DNA of 64,000 bases from Acidimicrobiales bacterium. GTDB taxonomy: Bacteria > Actinomycetota > Acidimicrobiia > Acidimicrobiales > Poriferisodalaceae. Shown in pieces: positions 47,684 through 57,802 of the stretch; positions within the stretch are counted from its first letter, which is position 1, and each line of letters starts with the position of its first letter. Where the stretch lies: assembly GCA_014239555.1 (NCBI GenBank), contig JAAZYR010000007.1, positions 3,141 to 67,140 on the forward strand, in the 5' to 3' direction. The translations under genes and the position numbers were made by a program. The notes under the pieces are model-generated. The model did no database searches, was not told the origin of the DNA, and saw only the letters and a program-made list of their open reading frames with translations.

Positions 47684-49258
47684 ATGTCGTCAATTTCTTC
47701 CATCGGAGACATAGCTCGAGTGCATGCCGCTAATAATGCGGACAAGGTTGCGCTGATCTATCAGGAACGCCAGTGGACCTACGGTCAGCTTGACAAGGAA
47801 TCGAACAGAGTCGCTAATGCACTACTCGCAGCCGGCGTGAACCCTCAGGATCGCGTGGCTCATCTCGATAAGAACGGGCCCGAATATTTCACTTATCTCA
47901 TAGGAGCCAGCAAAGTTAATGCTGTCAGCATGTCCGTCAACTGGAGGTTGGCTGCTCCAGAAATGGAGTACGTGTTGAACCATGCTGAAGCCAAGGTTCT
48001 CCTGATCGGCGAAGAGTTCCTGGGACATTTTGAACAAATGAATGTCGAGTCTGTGACGACCGTGGTGGTCGTGGGCGATGGTGGCCAATACGTTTCTTAC
48101 GACAGCTGGATTGCTGGATCCGAGGAGACCGATCCCGAAGTCGATGTCGGGTGGACCGATACCTGTTACCAGCTGTACACGTCGGGTACTACGGGCCTTC
48201 CCAAAGGGGTGGAATTAACAAACCGGAACTTTTTTTCGTTCCTCCCCGTTGCCAGCGAGGAATGGTATTTCGATTCTGACAGCGTAAATCTCGTTGCCAT
48301 GCCGCTTTTCCACATTGCGGGTAGCGGTTGGGGAGTGGTCGGACTTTTTAATGGGGGTACCAATGTTTTGCTCCGTGAGGCCGACCTGGTGGAGTTACTT
48401 CAACTTGTTGAGACTTACCAAGTCACCAATGCGTTGTTAGTGCCTGCAATTCTGCAGTTCCTGTTAATTACGCCCGAAGCACAGGAAACAGACTTTTCCA
48501 GTTTGCGATGCATGATTTACGGTGCATCGCCCATTACGGAAGAAGTTTTGTCAGCGAGCATGGAACTCATGGGATGCGACTTTGTAGGCGCATATGGCTT
48601 AACCGAGACCACCGGTGGCGGAACCCTTTTGCGGGCCGAACATCATGATCCGGGCGGTCCTCGGGCACATTTACTGCGGTCTGCTGGGCAGCCATGGGCT
48701 GATATCGAACTCCGCATAGTTGACCCGGAAACATTTGTAGATCTCGGAGACGGCGAAGTCGGCGAAATATGGATCAAATCGGTGGTGACCCTAAAGAGTT
48801 ATTGGAAAGACGCTGACGCGACCGACGAGGCATATCCCGAAGGTAGAGACGCTGAAGGGCTCGGTTGGTTCCGGACAGGCGACGCTGGGTATATGTCCGA
48901 AGGCTTCCTGTTCATTCATGATCGAGTGAAGGACATGATTATTTCCGGAGCTGAAAATATTTATCCCGCAGAAGTCGAAAACGCGTTGATGAGTCACAGT
49001 GATGTCGCTGATGTAGCTGTCATCGGAGTCCCCGACGCGAAATGGGGTGAAACGGTTAAAGCGATTATCACTCCAGCCGAGGGGGCGGACCCCAGCGAAG
49101 CCGATCTCATTGAACACTGCCGAGAACGCCTCGCTCACTACAAATGTCCGACCTCCGTGGATCGCTTATCAATGATTCCTCGGAATCCATCAGGAAAGAT
49201 TCTCAAAACCGAATTACGGAAGCCGTACTGGGAAGGTGAACAGCGTCGGGTTAACTAG
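47684..49258 (+). CDS. Acyl-CoA synthetase (AMP-forming, FadD-like)
   Basis: AMP-binding motif YTSGTTGLPKGV, GYGLTE-like AYGLTETTG, WFRTGD, GKILK. Confidence 0.9.
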   Translation: MSSISSIGDIARVHAANNADKVALIYQERQWTYGQLDKESNRVANALLAAGVNPQDRVAHLDKNGPEYFTYLIGASKVNAVSMSVNWRLAAPEMEYVLNHAEAKVLLIGEEFLGHFEQMNVESVTTVVVVGDGGQYVSYDSWIAGSEETDPEVDVGWTDTCYQLYTSGTTGLPKGVELTNRNFFSFLPVASEEWYFDSDSVNLVAMPLFHIAGSGWGVVGLFNGGTNVLLREADLVELLQLVETYQVTNALLVPAILQFLLITPEAQETDFSSLRCMIYGASPITEEVLSASMELMGCDFVGAYGLTETTGGGTLLRAEHHDPGGPRAHLLRSAGQPWADIELRIVDPETFVDLGDGEVGEIWIKSVVTLKSYWKDADATDEAYPEGRDAEGLGWFRTGDAGYMSEGFLFIHDRVKDMIISGAENIYPAEVENALMSHSDVADVAVIGVPDAKWGETVKAIITPAEGADPSEADLIEHCRERLAHYKCPTSVDRLSMIPRNPSGKILKTELRKPYWEGEQRRVN

Positions 49259-50756
49259 TCCCGTGTGCTCCGGCGCTTTTGCCCGCCAGTCTCCCGAATA
49301 CCGCACCAGCCATTAGACCGGTGCCTCCCGGATAATTACCGTAGAACAAACCCCCAACGAGTTCGCCCGCCGCGTACAGTCCCGAAATGGCGTCGAGTCC
49401 GGTATCCAACACCTGGCCTTGTTGGTTGATTCTCAGCCCGCCGAAAGTGAAGGTCAGCCCACAAGTAACGTTGAAGGCCTGAAACGGCGCCTCGTCAACC
49501 GTGTTCGCCCAGTTTGATTTGTTAATTTCAAGGCCAGTAGTTGAGCGACCGTCTTTGATGTTGGGATCGAAATCGATAGCCCTGTCAACGGCTTCGTTGT
49601 AGGCCCTGATGGTCGCAACTGCTGCATTTGTATCAACGCCTTCCATGCGGGCGCACAGTTCCTCGATTGAATCCGCCTGAACTTTCGTTACTTGTTTGAT
49701 CCGATACTCATCTCTGAGCAGGTGGTCTACCTTTGAATCAAAGATTTGCCATGCAGAGTGCTCAGGTTGGGCCAGGATTTCGCGGCCATATTTTGCGTAC
49801 GTGTAATTTCTGAAATCAGCACCTTCGTCAATGAATCGCTGGCCTTTGTTGTTGAGCACAATTCCAAACGGGTAGCTATGTTTTTGAAAGGCATCGCCGA
49901 CCGCTAGGTCGCCAAACTCCGGAGCGTTGTATTCCCAAGCCACAGCATGGGCACCACTCCAGTTCCCATAGGGCATCGCTCCAATGTCGAGAGCCATGCG
50001 TATACCGTCGCCGGTATTGAATCGTGTTCCGCGGACTTTTGCTAGGTCCCAACCCGGACCCAAGTATCTTGTGCGCCACTCGGCGTTGGCCTGGAAACCA
50101 CCGGCCGCCAGTACGACACATTTCGCAGGAATGTCAACTGTGTCTCCCGCTTTGCGGGCATGTATGCCAGTAACGGAATTTCCATCGAAGAGTAAATGTT
50201 TGGCTGTTGTGTCGTGCCAGAGTTCCACGCCGCTGTTTTCTAAAGCGCTGTGCAGGGAATCGACGAGGCCTTCGCCGCCTCCCCAAGCTTCAACAGTCAA
50301 TCCGCCCCAGAATTTGAATTGTCCATCGACTTGAAAAGCTTGCCGACCCCAGATAGGAGCGAATCGAACTCCGTGGTCGCGCATCCACATAACGGTTGGC
50401 TTGCTCTCGGAAACAAGAAAGCTTGCGAGTTCAGGGTCCGTTCGGTAATCGGTGACCCGACCCATATCGTCATAAAACTGTTCCTCGGTATAAGTCCCAA
50501 AGTCAGTGCGGGTTAGTTCGCTTTGAGTCAAGTCAGGCATTAACGCTACTAAGTCATCGACGCCTTCGTAAGCGAAGCGAATAGCTCCGGCGGTAAAGCG
50601 ACTATTGCCGCCAGATTCGTGGCGAGGGGCTCGCTCTAGTACAAGAACGCGAGCTCCTTCTTCCGCCGCTGCTAAAGCGGCACAGCAGGCAGCATTGCCG
50701 GCACCGACTACCACGACGTCAAAGTCGTTCAACAGACACTCCTTGTTGGTAGTCAC
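49251..50756 (-). CDS. FAD-binding dehydrogenase, TcuA (tricarballylate dehydrogenase)-like
   Basis: FDVVVVGAGNAACCAALAAAEEGARVLVLERAP...GGNSRFTAGAIRF, and a C-terminal YAAGELVGG. Confidence 0.8.
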   Translation of the reverse strand: MTTNKECLLNDFDVVVVGAGNAACCAALAAAEEGARVLVLERAPRHESGGNSRFTAGAIRFAYEGVDDLVALMPDLTQSELTRTDFGTYTEEQFYDDMGRVTDYRTDPELASFLVSESKPTVMWMRDHGVRFAPIWGRQAFQVDGQFKFWGGLTVEAWGGGEGLVDSLHSALENSGVELWHDTTAKHLLFDGNSVTGIHARKAGDTVDIPAKCVVLAAGGFQANAEWRTRYLGPGWDLAKVRGTRFNTGDGIRMALDIGAMPYGNWSGAHAVAWEYNAPEFGDLAVGDAFQKHSYPFGIVLNNKGQRFIDEGADFRNYTYAKYGREILAQPEHSAWQIFDSKVDHLLRDEYRIKQVTKVQADSIEELCARMEGVDTNAAVATIRAYNEAVDRAIDFDPNIKDGRSTTGLEINKSNWANTVDEAPFQAFNVTCGLTFTFGGLRINQQGQVLDTGLDAISGLYAAGELVGGLFYGNYPGGTGLMAGAVFGRLAGKSAGAHGTS

Positions 50757-51533
50757 TCATCCGACGACTGTGGGGTCACTCACCCTGGAACGGACGAGCC
50801 ATTGAAACACGTGCCAGCCGTGGTTCTCGGCTCCAACTGAAGGGTGTACTGCGTCAGCGGCCTCTGAGCTAATTTCTCGCCCGTGTGGAACCTTTACGCA
50901 AACCTCCGCGGCCCTTTCTGCGTTCAAATAAAAGCCAATTGCCGAGGCGACTGTTGTACCTACAGTTAACAAACCATGATTGGCCAAGATCACGAGTCTC
51001 CCGAGGCCGAGTGCGTCGGCGATTCGTTGCCCGGTCTCTAAATCGCTGACGCCGACTTCCTCTCCAGTGAAGACACCTTGGCGACCGTGGAAAGCGACAG
51101 CTTCTTGGCTGGTCATCGGCAGAGGGACGGCTAAGGCAGAGAATGGTGTGCCATAGGGGGTGTGAGTATGGATTGCCCCAATGACGTCGTCTCGACTCGC
51201 GTGGATGGGCGCATGGATATAGAAAGCCGCCGGATTGATGTCATACGAGCCTTCAATGACGTGACCGGTGTCATCGACAAGGACTAAGTCATCAATGGTT
51301 GCTTCGCCAAACGCAACTCCGTATCCCAATGACCAAAAACAGTCAAGACGTTCCGGGTCTCTCGCCGTGATGTGGCCTGAGCCATCGGCTCCCCATCCCC
51401 AGGAATCCATGATCCGATAACCGAGGGCTACTTCTCGCTTGCGTAGGAGACGATCGGTATGGGGGTCAGAGGGGGTTAAGGGCTGCGAACTGAGGGTGAA
51501 TCCACGGTGCTTTCGGTTATCGGTAACAGTCAT
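50757..51533 (-). CDS. Class II aldolase/adducin-family protein
   Basis: GHITARDP and the metal-site motif AIHTHTPYG. I chose the start at ATG 51533 (GGAG upstream). Its stop abuts the TcuA-like start. Confidence 0.8.
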   Translation of the reverse strand: MTVTDNRKHRGFTLSSQPLTPSDPHTDRLLRKREVALGYRIMDSWGWGADGSGHITARDPERLDCFWSLGYGVAFGEATIDDLVLVDDTGHVIEGSYDINPAAFYIHAPIHASRDDVIGAIHTHTPYGTPFSALAVPLPMTSQEAVAFHGRQGVFTGEEVGVSDLETGQRIADALGLGRLVILANHGLLTVGTTVASAIGFYLNAERAAEVCVKVPHGREISSEAADAVHPSVGAENHGWHVFQWLVRSRVSDPTVVG

Positions 51534-51564
51534 TGACGGCTCCAGGGTCCAACTCAGGGGTCCT

Positions 51565-52737
51565 TTATAGCCCAAGAGCGTTGTGCTCTATATCGCTCAT
51601 CACGCGACCGGCTAATTCCATGACGGGTTCGGCGACCATCATGTGCTGTGACGCGACATGAATATCTCGAAAGTGGCGTTGCAATGGCGACTCTTCGTAG
51701 ACGGATGTGCCGCCTACAGCTGTGTACATGCGATCGACGACATCGATTGAAGTTGAGACCGCGTGGACAGTCGATGTTCGCAACAGCCGTCGAGTTTCGA
51801 GTCCACCGATCTGTCGCTGCGCCTCGTCCCACGCGTGTTGAATATCGGCGTAGAAAACGGATCTAGCGGCACGAAGGGAGGCATCAGCGACTGCTATTTC
51901 TCGATGAAAGGCGGGTCGTGCTGCGAGGGTTCGTCCAGACCCTGTTGGTGTCTTGCTGGTTGCTACTACAAGGGCTTCATCGATGGAGGCTCGGGCCATA
52001 CCTAAGGCGATGGCGCCGATCGGCAATGCGAGATACCCGAAACGGGGAAAGCGGTAGATAGGTAAGTCGGCCAGGGGTGAGGACCGTAGGGCTTCTACCG
52101 TCGCCACTCGGTAGTCCTCTAACTCGACGTCTTGGGCGGTGTAGGAATTCGAGCCAGATCCGCGGAGGCCACTTGTGTGCCAGTTGTCGACGATGTTGAT
52201 CTCATCTGGCCGGAAGAAAGCGCGAGCCTCGGTTGGTCGGTCATGCCGATCGCGAATTGGGGCGCCTTCGGGGTCGCACAGAATCACACCACCAGAGATC
52301 CATTCAGCGTTTCGGCAACCGGAGCCCCAATCCCAACGGCCGTTGATTTTCCAAGTAGGTGATGTGTCTAGAGCAAGCTGAGTGGCAGTCCCGGAGTAGG
52401 CAAACACGCCACTCGTGATGACGTTGGGGTTGTCTAGCAATTGTTGAAGTAACTGCGAAGACGCTGCCGGGAACATGTATTGCGACGTCGCTCCGATGAA
52501 AACACACCAGGCCGTTGATCCGTTACCCATAGCCAGAATTTCACATACCTCGGCAAGAAGTCGCGGTGGAGCGCCGATACCGCCGAGTTCTGTCGGAGTG
52601 CACAGCCGATAAAATCCGTCTCCAGCGAGACGGTCGGCTATGTCTTGAGGCAGAGCTCGATGGGTGTCGATCTCAACCCCGCGGGTGCGCAACTCAGTGA
52701 GATACCCGCTGGCTACTTCACAAAAATCGATACCCAT
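51565..52737 (-). CDS. Acyl-CoA-dehydrogenase-fold protein (HsaA/DszC-like flavin monooxygenase or ACAD)
   Basis: LPQDIADRLAGDGFYRLCTPTELGG and NGSTAWCV are typical of the ACAD-fold group D monooxygenase family. I chose the start at ATG 52737, 8 nt after the upstream gene's stop. Confidence 0.8.
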   Translation of the reverse strand: MGIDFCEVASGYLTELRTRGVEIDTHRALPQDIADRLAGDGFYRLCTPTELGGIGAPPRLLAEVCEILAMGNGSTAWCVFIGATSQYMFPAASSQLLQQLLDNPNVITSGVFAYSGTATQLALDTSPTWKINGRWDWGSGCRNAEWISGGVILCDPEGAPIRDRHDRPTEARAFFRPDEINIVDNWHTSGLRGSGSNSYTAQDVELEDYRVATVEALRSSPLADLPIYRFPRFGYLALPIGAIALGMARASIDEALVVATSKTPTGSGRTLAARPAFHREIAVADASLRAARSVFYADIQHAWDEAQRQIGGLETRRLLRTSTVHAVSTSIDVVDRMYTAVGGTSVYEESPLQRHFRDIHVASQHMMVAEPVMELAGRVMSDIEHNALGL

Positions 52738-52745
52738 GGCGTTTG

Positions 52746-54821
52746 TCAGTTCGTGTACGTGCTTAGAGATCCGCCGTCTGAGGCCAGACGTTGAATTAAT
52801 GGAGAAATCTCCCAATGGTCGCCGCCGAGGGTAGACGCGTAATTCTGGATCCGTTGAGCTACTTCTTGAATGCCAATCGTGTCCGCCCAAAACATTGGGC
52901 CACCGGTATACATCGGCCATCCATAACCGTTGATCCAAACGACGTCGACATCGCTTCCGCGAATCGCTATGCCTTCATCCAAAATTTTTGCGCCTTCGTT
53001 GACCATTGGGTATAGGCACCTTTCCAGTATCTCTTGGTCTGATATCTCGCGTTGGCTGACACCTTGGCGTTCAGCGAAGGCTTGAATTATTTCTTCAACT
53101 TCGTTATCCGGTGTTGCTGCACGCGTCTGTGGGTCGTATTTGTAATAGCCATTGCCGTTCTTTTGGCCACGTCGCCCGCTTTCACATAGCAGTTCGCGGA
53201 CGGTTGAGCCAGAGGATGTGGCTTCGTCCCACCCGATGTCGAGTCCTGCAAGATCGCTCATAGCGAATGGTCCCATCGGAAATCCGAAATCAAACAGGAT
53301 CTGATCTACTCGCGATGGCGAAGCGCCTTCAAGAATCATTTTCTCCGCCTCTATACCTCGCATGAACAGCATGCGGTTACCCACGAAACCATGGCACACT
53401 CCGCACAGCACAGGTGTTTTGCCAATCGATCGACCAACTCCCATCGCGGTGGCTATAGCGGTGTTAGAAGTGGCATCGCCACGTACGACCTCAAGCATCT
53501 TCATCACATTTGCAGGGGAAAAGAAATGCATTCCGATCACGCTGTCCGGTCGTTGTGTTGCCGACGCGATTTCATTGATATCGAGGGCGGAAGTGTTTGA
53601 GGCCAGCACAGCCCCGTCTCGGCAGATGCCATCTAGCTGTTCGAAGATTTGTTTCTTTAAAGCCATGTTTTCGAACACAGCTTCGATGACGAGATCGCAA
53701 TCGGCAAAATCTCCCATATCGGTCGAACCTGAAATTAAACCCATGCGAGTTTCAACATCATCGCTTGAGATGCCACCCCGAGCAGCTGTTCGTTCATAGT
53801 TGGAACGAACCACTCCGAGACCACGTTGTAGCGCCTCGTCGTCTCTTTCGACGATCGTGACAGGTATCCCCGAGTTAGCAAAGTTCATTGCAATGCCACC
53901 ACCCATGGTGCCGGCTCCCAGTACGCCGCAGCGGCTCACTTCGACCGTAGCCGTGTCCTTTGGTAACCCAGGAATCTTTAGAGCAGCTCGTTCCGCGAAG
54001 AAATAATACTGTTGGGCTTTGGATTGCGTCCCTTTCATAAGGTCGCGAAACAGTTCCTGCTCTCGTTCGAGCCCTGCTTCGAAATCGAGTGCCACTGCTG
54101 CCTCTATGCAACGAATGTTGTATTCGGGAGCTAGGAAGCCGCGGGTGCGCCGAGCGATACTCGCGCGAAAATCGTCGAACAAAGAATCTGGCGTGTTGGC
54201 GACTTTGTCGTTTTTGTCTCGAATGCGGAGAAGGGGCATTTGTTCAGCTACCGCCCGGCGGGCGAAAGCCACGGCACCGCTCTGTAGGTCATCGACCAGT
54301 TCATCGATAAGTCCGCATTGCAAGGCCTCCTGGGCGTCGATGGGATCACCGCTCGTCATCATGTCCAGGGCTTTGGCGGCACCCGTAACTCTGGGCAATC
54401 GCTGAGTACCTCCCGCGCCTGGCAGCAGACCTAGCTTCACTTCGGGCAAGCCGTACTTGCTTCCCGCAATTCCGACTCTGTAATGAGCGCAGAGCGCTAC
54501 TTCAAGACCACCACCGAGTGCAGTGCCATGTACTGCTGCGATGATTGGCTTTGAACAGTTTTCCATGGCGTCTTGTACCGACTGCAGTCCCGGAGGCTGA
54601 GCTGGTCCCGAAAACTCGGTGATGTCAGCTCCGGCAATGAAGGTCCGCCCATCACAGATGATGACGATGGATTCGGCGTCGCTGGACTCGGCTTGAGTGA
54701 CTCCATCAAGTAACCCTTGGCGCACATGCTGGCTGAGGGCATTGACTGGGGGATTGTCGATTCGGATCAGAGCGACGTCGTCGTCGAATTCCAGGCTGAC
54801 TGATTGCGTGAGTTGCGTCAT
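52746..54821 (-). CDS. Bifunctional enoyl-CoA hydratase / 3-hydroxyacyl-CoA dehydrogenase (FadB/FadJ-like)
   Basis: The conserved protein begins at ATG 54821 (MTQLTQSVSLEFDDDVALIRIDNPPVNAL). Crotonase motif ALGGGLEVAL, NAD motif GAGTMGGGIA. The upstream 149 codons of the ORF are R/S-rich and overlap ilvE. Confidence 0.9.
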   Translation of the reverse strand: MTQLTQSVSLEFDDDVALIRIDNPPVNALSQHVRQGLLDGVTQAESSDAESIVIICDGRTFIAGADITEFSGPAQPPGLQSVQDAMENCSKPIIAAVHGTALGGGLEVALCAHYRVGIAGSKYGLPEVKLGLLPGAGGTQRLPRVTGAAKALDMMTSGDPIDAQEALQCGLIDELVDDLQSGAVAFARRAVAEQMPLLRIRDKNDKVANTPDSLFDDFRASIARRTRGFLAPEYNIRCIEAAVALDFEAGLEREQELFRDLMKGTQSKAQQYYFFAERAALKIPGLPKDTATVEVSRCGVLGAGTMGGGIAMNFANSGIPVTIVERDDEALQRGLGVVRSNYERTAARGGISSDDVETRMGLISGSTDMGDFADCDLVIEAVFENMALKKQIFEQLDGICRDGAVLASNTSALDINEIASATQRPDSVIGMHFFSPANVMKMLEVVRGDATSNTAIATAMGVGRSIGKTPVLCGVCHGFVGNRMLFMRGIEAEKMILEGASPSRVDQILFDFGFPMGPFAMSDLAGLDIGWDEATSSGSTVRELLCESGRRGQKNGNGYYKYDPQTRAATPDNEVEEIIQAFAERQGVSQREISDQEILERCLYPMVNEGAKILDEGIAIRGSDVDVVWINGYGWPMYTGGPMFWADTIGIQEVAQRIQNYASTLGGDHWEISPLIQRLASDGGSLSTYTN

Positions 54822-54865
54822 ACGCACAAAGTAGGTGACGGAACGACCTAAAGTCCCGCTGGGAT

Positions 54866-54889
54866 GAATAGTCGCGTCGCAATCTATTC
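54866..54889. promoter_or_regulatory. Inverted repeat in the divergent fadB-like / ilvE spacer (candidate operator)
   Basis: GAATAG (54866-54871) and CTATTC (54884-54889) are separated by 12 nt. Confidence 0.2.
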
Positions 54890-54937
54890 GGCAGCGGCAC
54901 GCGTTGGAGTAGAGTCTCGCCTTCGAAGGGAGTTGTC

Positions 54938-55963
54938 GTGAGTGAGAAACCCGACCCGATGACGGTCCCATTTGGAACCGTTTTCTGTGACTGGATGACG
55001 ACCGCGCTGAGTCAAGATGGCGTCTATGAATATTCGGGGAAGGTGGAAGAGTACGGAGATTTCTCCTTGAGCCCAGCCGCCCATGCACTCCATTATGGGA
55101 GCACAGTCTTCGAAGGGTTAAAAGCTCACTGGCAGGCTGATAGCTCTCTGGCGATCTTTCGGTTGGATGATCACGTGGCGCGAATGTGTCAAAGCGCTGC
55201 ACAGCTTCGCTTGCCGATCCCAGAGTCATCGACATTGAGACAGATGATTGTCGACGCCGTGGAGGCAAATGTTGCAGAAGTTCCAGCGGCCCCTGGATCG
55301 CTTTACATTCGCCCCACCATTATTGGTACCGAACCCAACATTGGCGCCGCAGCTACACCCAGCTGTGAGGGGTTGCTCTTTGTCGTCAATTGCCCTGTTG
55401 GGGACTATTTCAAGGGTGGGGTGCGGCCGTTAACGTTGCTCGTTGAGGAAACAATTCCCCGAACCACCCCACAATTTGGCATGGTGAAATCTGGTGCTAA
55501 CTACGCGATGGCTTTAGCTCCGACCTTGGATGCGATGGATCGGAACTCCGCTGTCGACCAAATTCTCTTTGCAACCGGTGGAGACATTACAGAGACGGGC
55601 GCGGCGAACTTTTTCTTAGCTGACAATGATCGGGTGGTCACCCGACAGCTCGACAGTTCTTTTCTGCATGGTGTCACTCGGGCATCAGTAATAGCTCTTG
55701 CCCACGATCTTGGCTACCAAGTGGAGGAACGGCCCATTGAGCTCGACGAATTAAGCGAGTGGGCGAACCGGGGTGAAGCGTTTCTGTCGGGAACAGCTGC
55801 CGTGCTGTCTCCTGTAGGAACGATTCTTCGCGGCGATCAGAACATCGTATTTGGTGACGGCCAACCGGGCCTGAACACGCTTCGCCTGAGGGAAAGCCTG
55901 GTCGCTATCCAGAGCGGAAAAAGCGAGGATAAGCATGGTTGGCGAACAACAGTCAGGTCGTGA
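54938..55963 (+). CDS. ilvE: Branched-chain amino acid aminotransferase (fold type IV)
   Basis: AAHALHYGSTVFEGLKAH, YIRPTIIG, and GAANFF...VTRQLDSSFLHGVTR are typical of class IV aminotransferases. GTG start. Confidence 0.88.
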   Translation: MSEKPDPMTVPFGTVFCDWMTTALSQDGVYEYSGKVEEYGDFSLSPAAHALHYGSTVFEGLKAHWQADSSLAIFRLDDHVARMCQSAAQLRLPIPESSTLRQMIVDAVEANVAEVPAAPGSLYIRPTIIGTEPNIGAAATPSCEGLLFVVNCPVGDYFKGGVRPLTLLVEETIPRTTPQFGMVKSGANYAMALAPTLDAMDRNSAVDQILFATGGDITETGAANFFLADNDRVVTRQLDSSFLHGVTRASVIALAHDLGYQVEERPIELDELSEWANRGEAFLSGTAAVLSPVGTILRGDQNIVFGDGQPGLNTLRLRESLVAIQSGKSEDKHGWRTTVRS

Positions 55964-55993
55964 CTTTCTTTCCTATGGCTCGGGAGTTTTGGG

Positions 55994-56881
55994 GTGAATG
56001 AGCACGCAACTGGTCTAAAATTTGGGTGGTTGTCTCCGGTAATTGGTAACAAGTGGAGCGATTATCAACCCATCGTGCAATACCAGTGTGAACACATACT
56101 CCCAGCGGTAACTCCCGAGTTTGACAGCCTGTGGATAGCCGACCACTTCTATGGTTTCGACCAAAAAACAGACCCATTTCTTGAAGCGTGGACGACGCTG
56201 ACCTGGTGCGCTGCGAAATTTCCCGATATTGATTTGTGTCATCACGTACTAGGTGCTGGCTACCGCCCTCCTGCTCTGACAGCCAAAATGGCGAGCACAT
56301 TGCAGTTTCTGAGTGGAAACCGATTCATCCTAGGAATCGGCGCCGGGTGGAGAGAAGACGAGTACTTGGCCTACGGCTACAACTTTCCTCGACCTAGCAT
56401 CCGATTTCGACAACTTGAAGAGACGATCAAAATCTGCCGGCTTATGTGGGCTGAGGATGAACCAAGCTTTGAAGGTGAATTTTTCCGTATCGACGGGGCG
56501 TCGGCTCCGCCATTACCCAGTGTGCCGCCCCCTATTTGCATCGGGGCATCAGGCGAAAAGATTGGATTACCGCTAGCGGCCCGCCATGCCGACATTTGGA
56601 ACACCGTGTGGCGAGGCAGTAGCGAATCTTTGATTCGGAAACGAAACGTAGTTTTAACCGAGCTTGATCGGGTAGGCCGTTCGCGTTCAGACATCGAATT
56701 CTCCTTGACCATAGAGAAGGCTCTCCCGAATGACGGCCCCGAATGCGAACAATTCATCGAGCTTTTGAGTGAACTTATTGAACTCGGCATAAGCCATTTC
56801 GTTTTGGACTTCGGCAACCCCCAGTCACCTGCAGAAGCGGATCGCTTTATCGCGGACGTTATGAGGCCGTTGCGTCCCTAG
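55994..56881 (+). CDS. Luciferase-like (LLM class) oxidoreductase, possibly F420-dependent
   Basis: LKFGW, DSLWIADHF, ILGIGAGW, EGEFFRI are LLM-family landmarks. Confidence 0.85.
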   Translation: MNEHATGLKFGWLSPVIGNKWSDYQPIVQYQCEHILPAVTPEFDSLWIADHFYGFDQKTDPFLEAWTTLTWCAAKFPDIDLCHHVLGAGYRPPALTAKMASTLQFLSGNRFILGIGAGWREDEYLAYGYNFPRPSIRFRQLEETIKICRLMWAEDEPSFEGEFFRIDGASAPPLPSVPPPICIGASGEKIGLPLAARHADIWNTVWRGSSESLIRKRNVVLTELDRVGRSRSDIEFSLTIEKALPNDGPECEQFIELLSELIELGISHFVLDFGNPQSPAEADRFIADVMRPLRP

Positions 56882-56993
56882 CGGCATACGCGATGCCTGA
56901 CCGAATCGAGTGGCAGGCGTCTACTATTAACGCGTCGAATATCCTCAAGGAACACGTTTGAGCAAGTCAAACTTAAATCGTCGAGGTAATTAA

Positions 56994-57800
56994 ATGGTGT
57001 TACGGCTCCGTCAAGTCGCGATCGTTGGCAACGACTATGAAGAGACCGAAGCGGCTCTTTCGGCAGTGTTCGACCTTCGAGCCGCCTACCGTGACCCGGG
57101 TAACCGGCCCGCTCGAGAAGCCGGGGTCAGCATCTTCGGCCTCAAGAATTTTGTCATGCCGATTGGGAATCAATTTCTCGAGTTAGTTGTGCCACTGGAA
57201 GACGGGCCGACATCCGCAGCGGGCCGCTATTTGCAACGACGCGGAGGGCCCGGCGGCTACATGCTTCTTTTCCAAGTTCCACGGTCGGAATACGGAGCTC
57301 ATAGTGAGCACCTGAGTGAAATGGGTGTGCGCACGGTGGCAGGCGGCGATATCAGTGAAGAAGGCAGCGAAGCGATGCACGTCCACCCTAAGGACTTGCC
57401 AGGATGCCTGGTTGAGCTTCGCTGGTGCGAAAATGAAGACGTGTCAGACGGCGACTGGTGGCCAGTAGAAAGAGATTGGCGGGATCATCGCAACACTAAG
57501 TTCGTCGACGCCATTTGTGGTGCAGAAATTCAAACTCCCGACCCTCTTTCCTTGGTCGAAAGATGGGCGGAAGTCCTTCAAGTGCCGATGACAATGTTGG
57601 ATGGAGTTCCAACAATTCCAACCATCGACGGTCCAGTCCGGTTTACCGAACCATTTGATGACCGTCCCGAAGGGTTGGGTGCTATTGATGTGCGAGTTCC
57701 AGATGCGCAGTTGATTGCTGATCGCGCAGCTAGTTTCGGTTTGCGCTGTGACGATAGAACGATCGAAATTAGCGGTTTACGCTTCCACCTGGTTGGGTGA
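56994..57800 (+). CDS. Glyoxalase-like (VOC) domain protein, function unknown
   Basis: LRQVAIVGNDYEETEAALSAVFDL...NQFLELVVP...MHVHPKD resembles the glyoxalase-like domain family. This is a weak call. Confidence 0.55.
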   Translation: MVLRLRQVAIVGNDYEETEAALSAVFDLRAAYRDPGNRPAREAGVSIFGLKNFVMPIGNQFLELVVPLEDGPTSAAGRYLQRRGGPGGYMLLFQVPRSEYGAHSEHLSEMGVRTVAGGDISEEGSEAMHVHPKDLPGCLVELRWCENEDVSDGDWWPVERDWRDHRNTKFVDAICGAEIQTPDPLSLVERWAEVLQVPMTMLDGVPTIPTIDGPVRFTEPFDDRPEGLGAIDVRVPDAQLIADRAASFGLRCDDRTIEISGLRFHLVG

Positions 57801-57802
57801 CT

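Noticed and set aside
54822-55268. 149-codon N-terminal extension of the FadB-like ORF
   Set aside because: It is R/S-rich and non-conserved, and it overlaps the divergent ilvE gene. The conserved crotonase N-terminus begins at the ATG at 54821.
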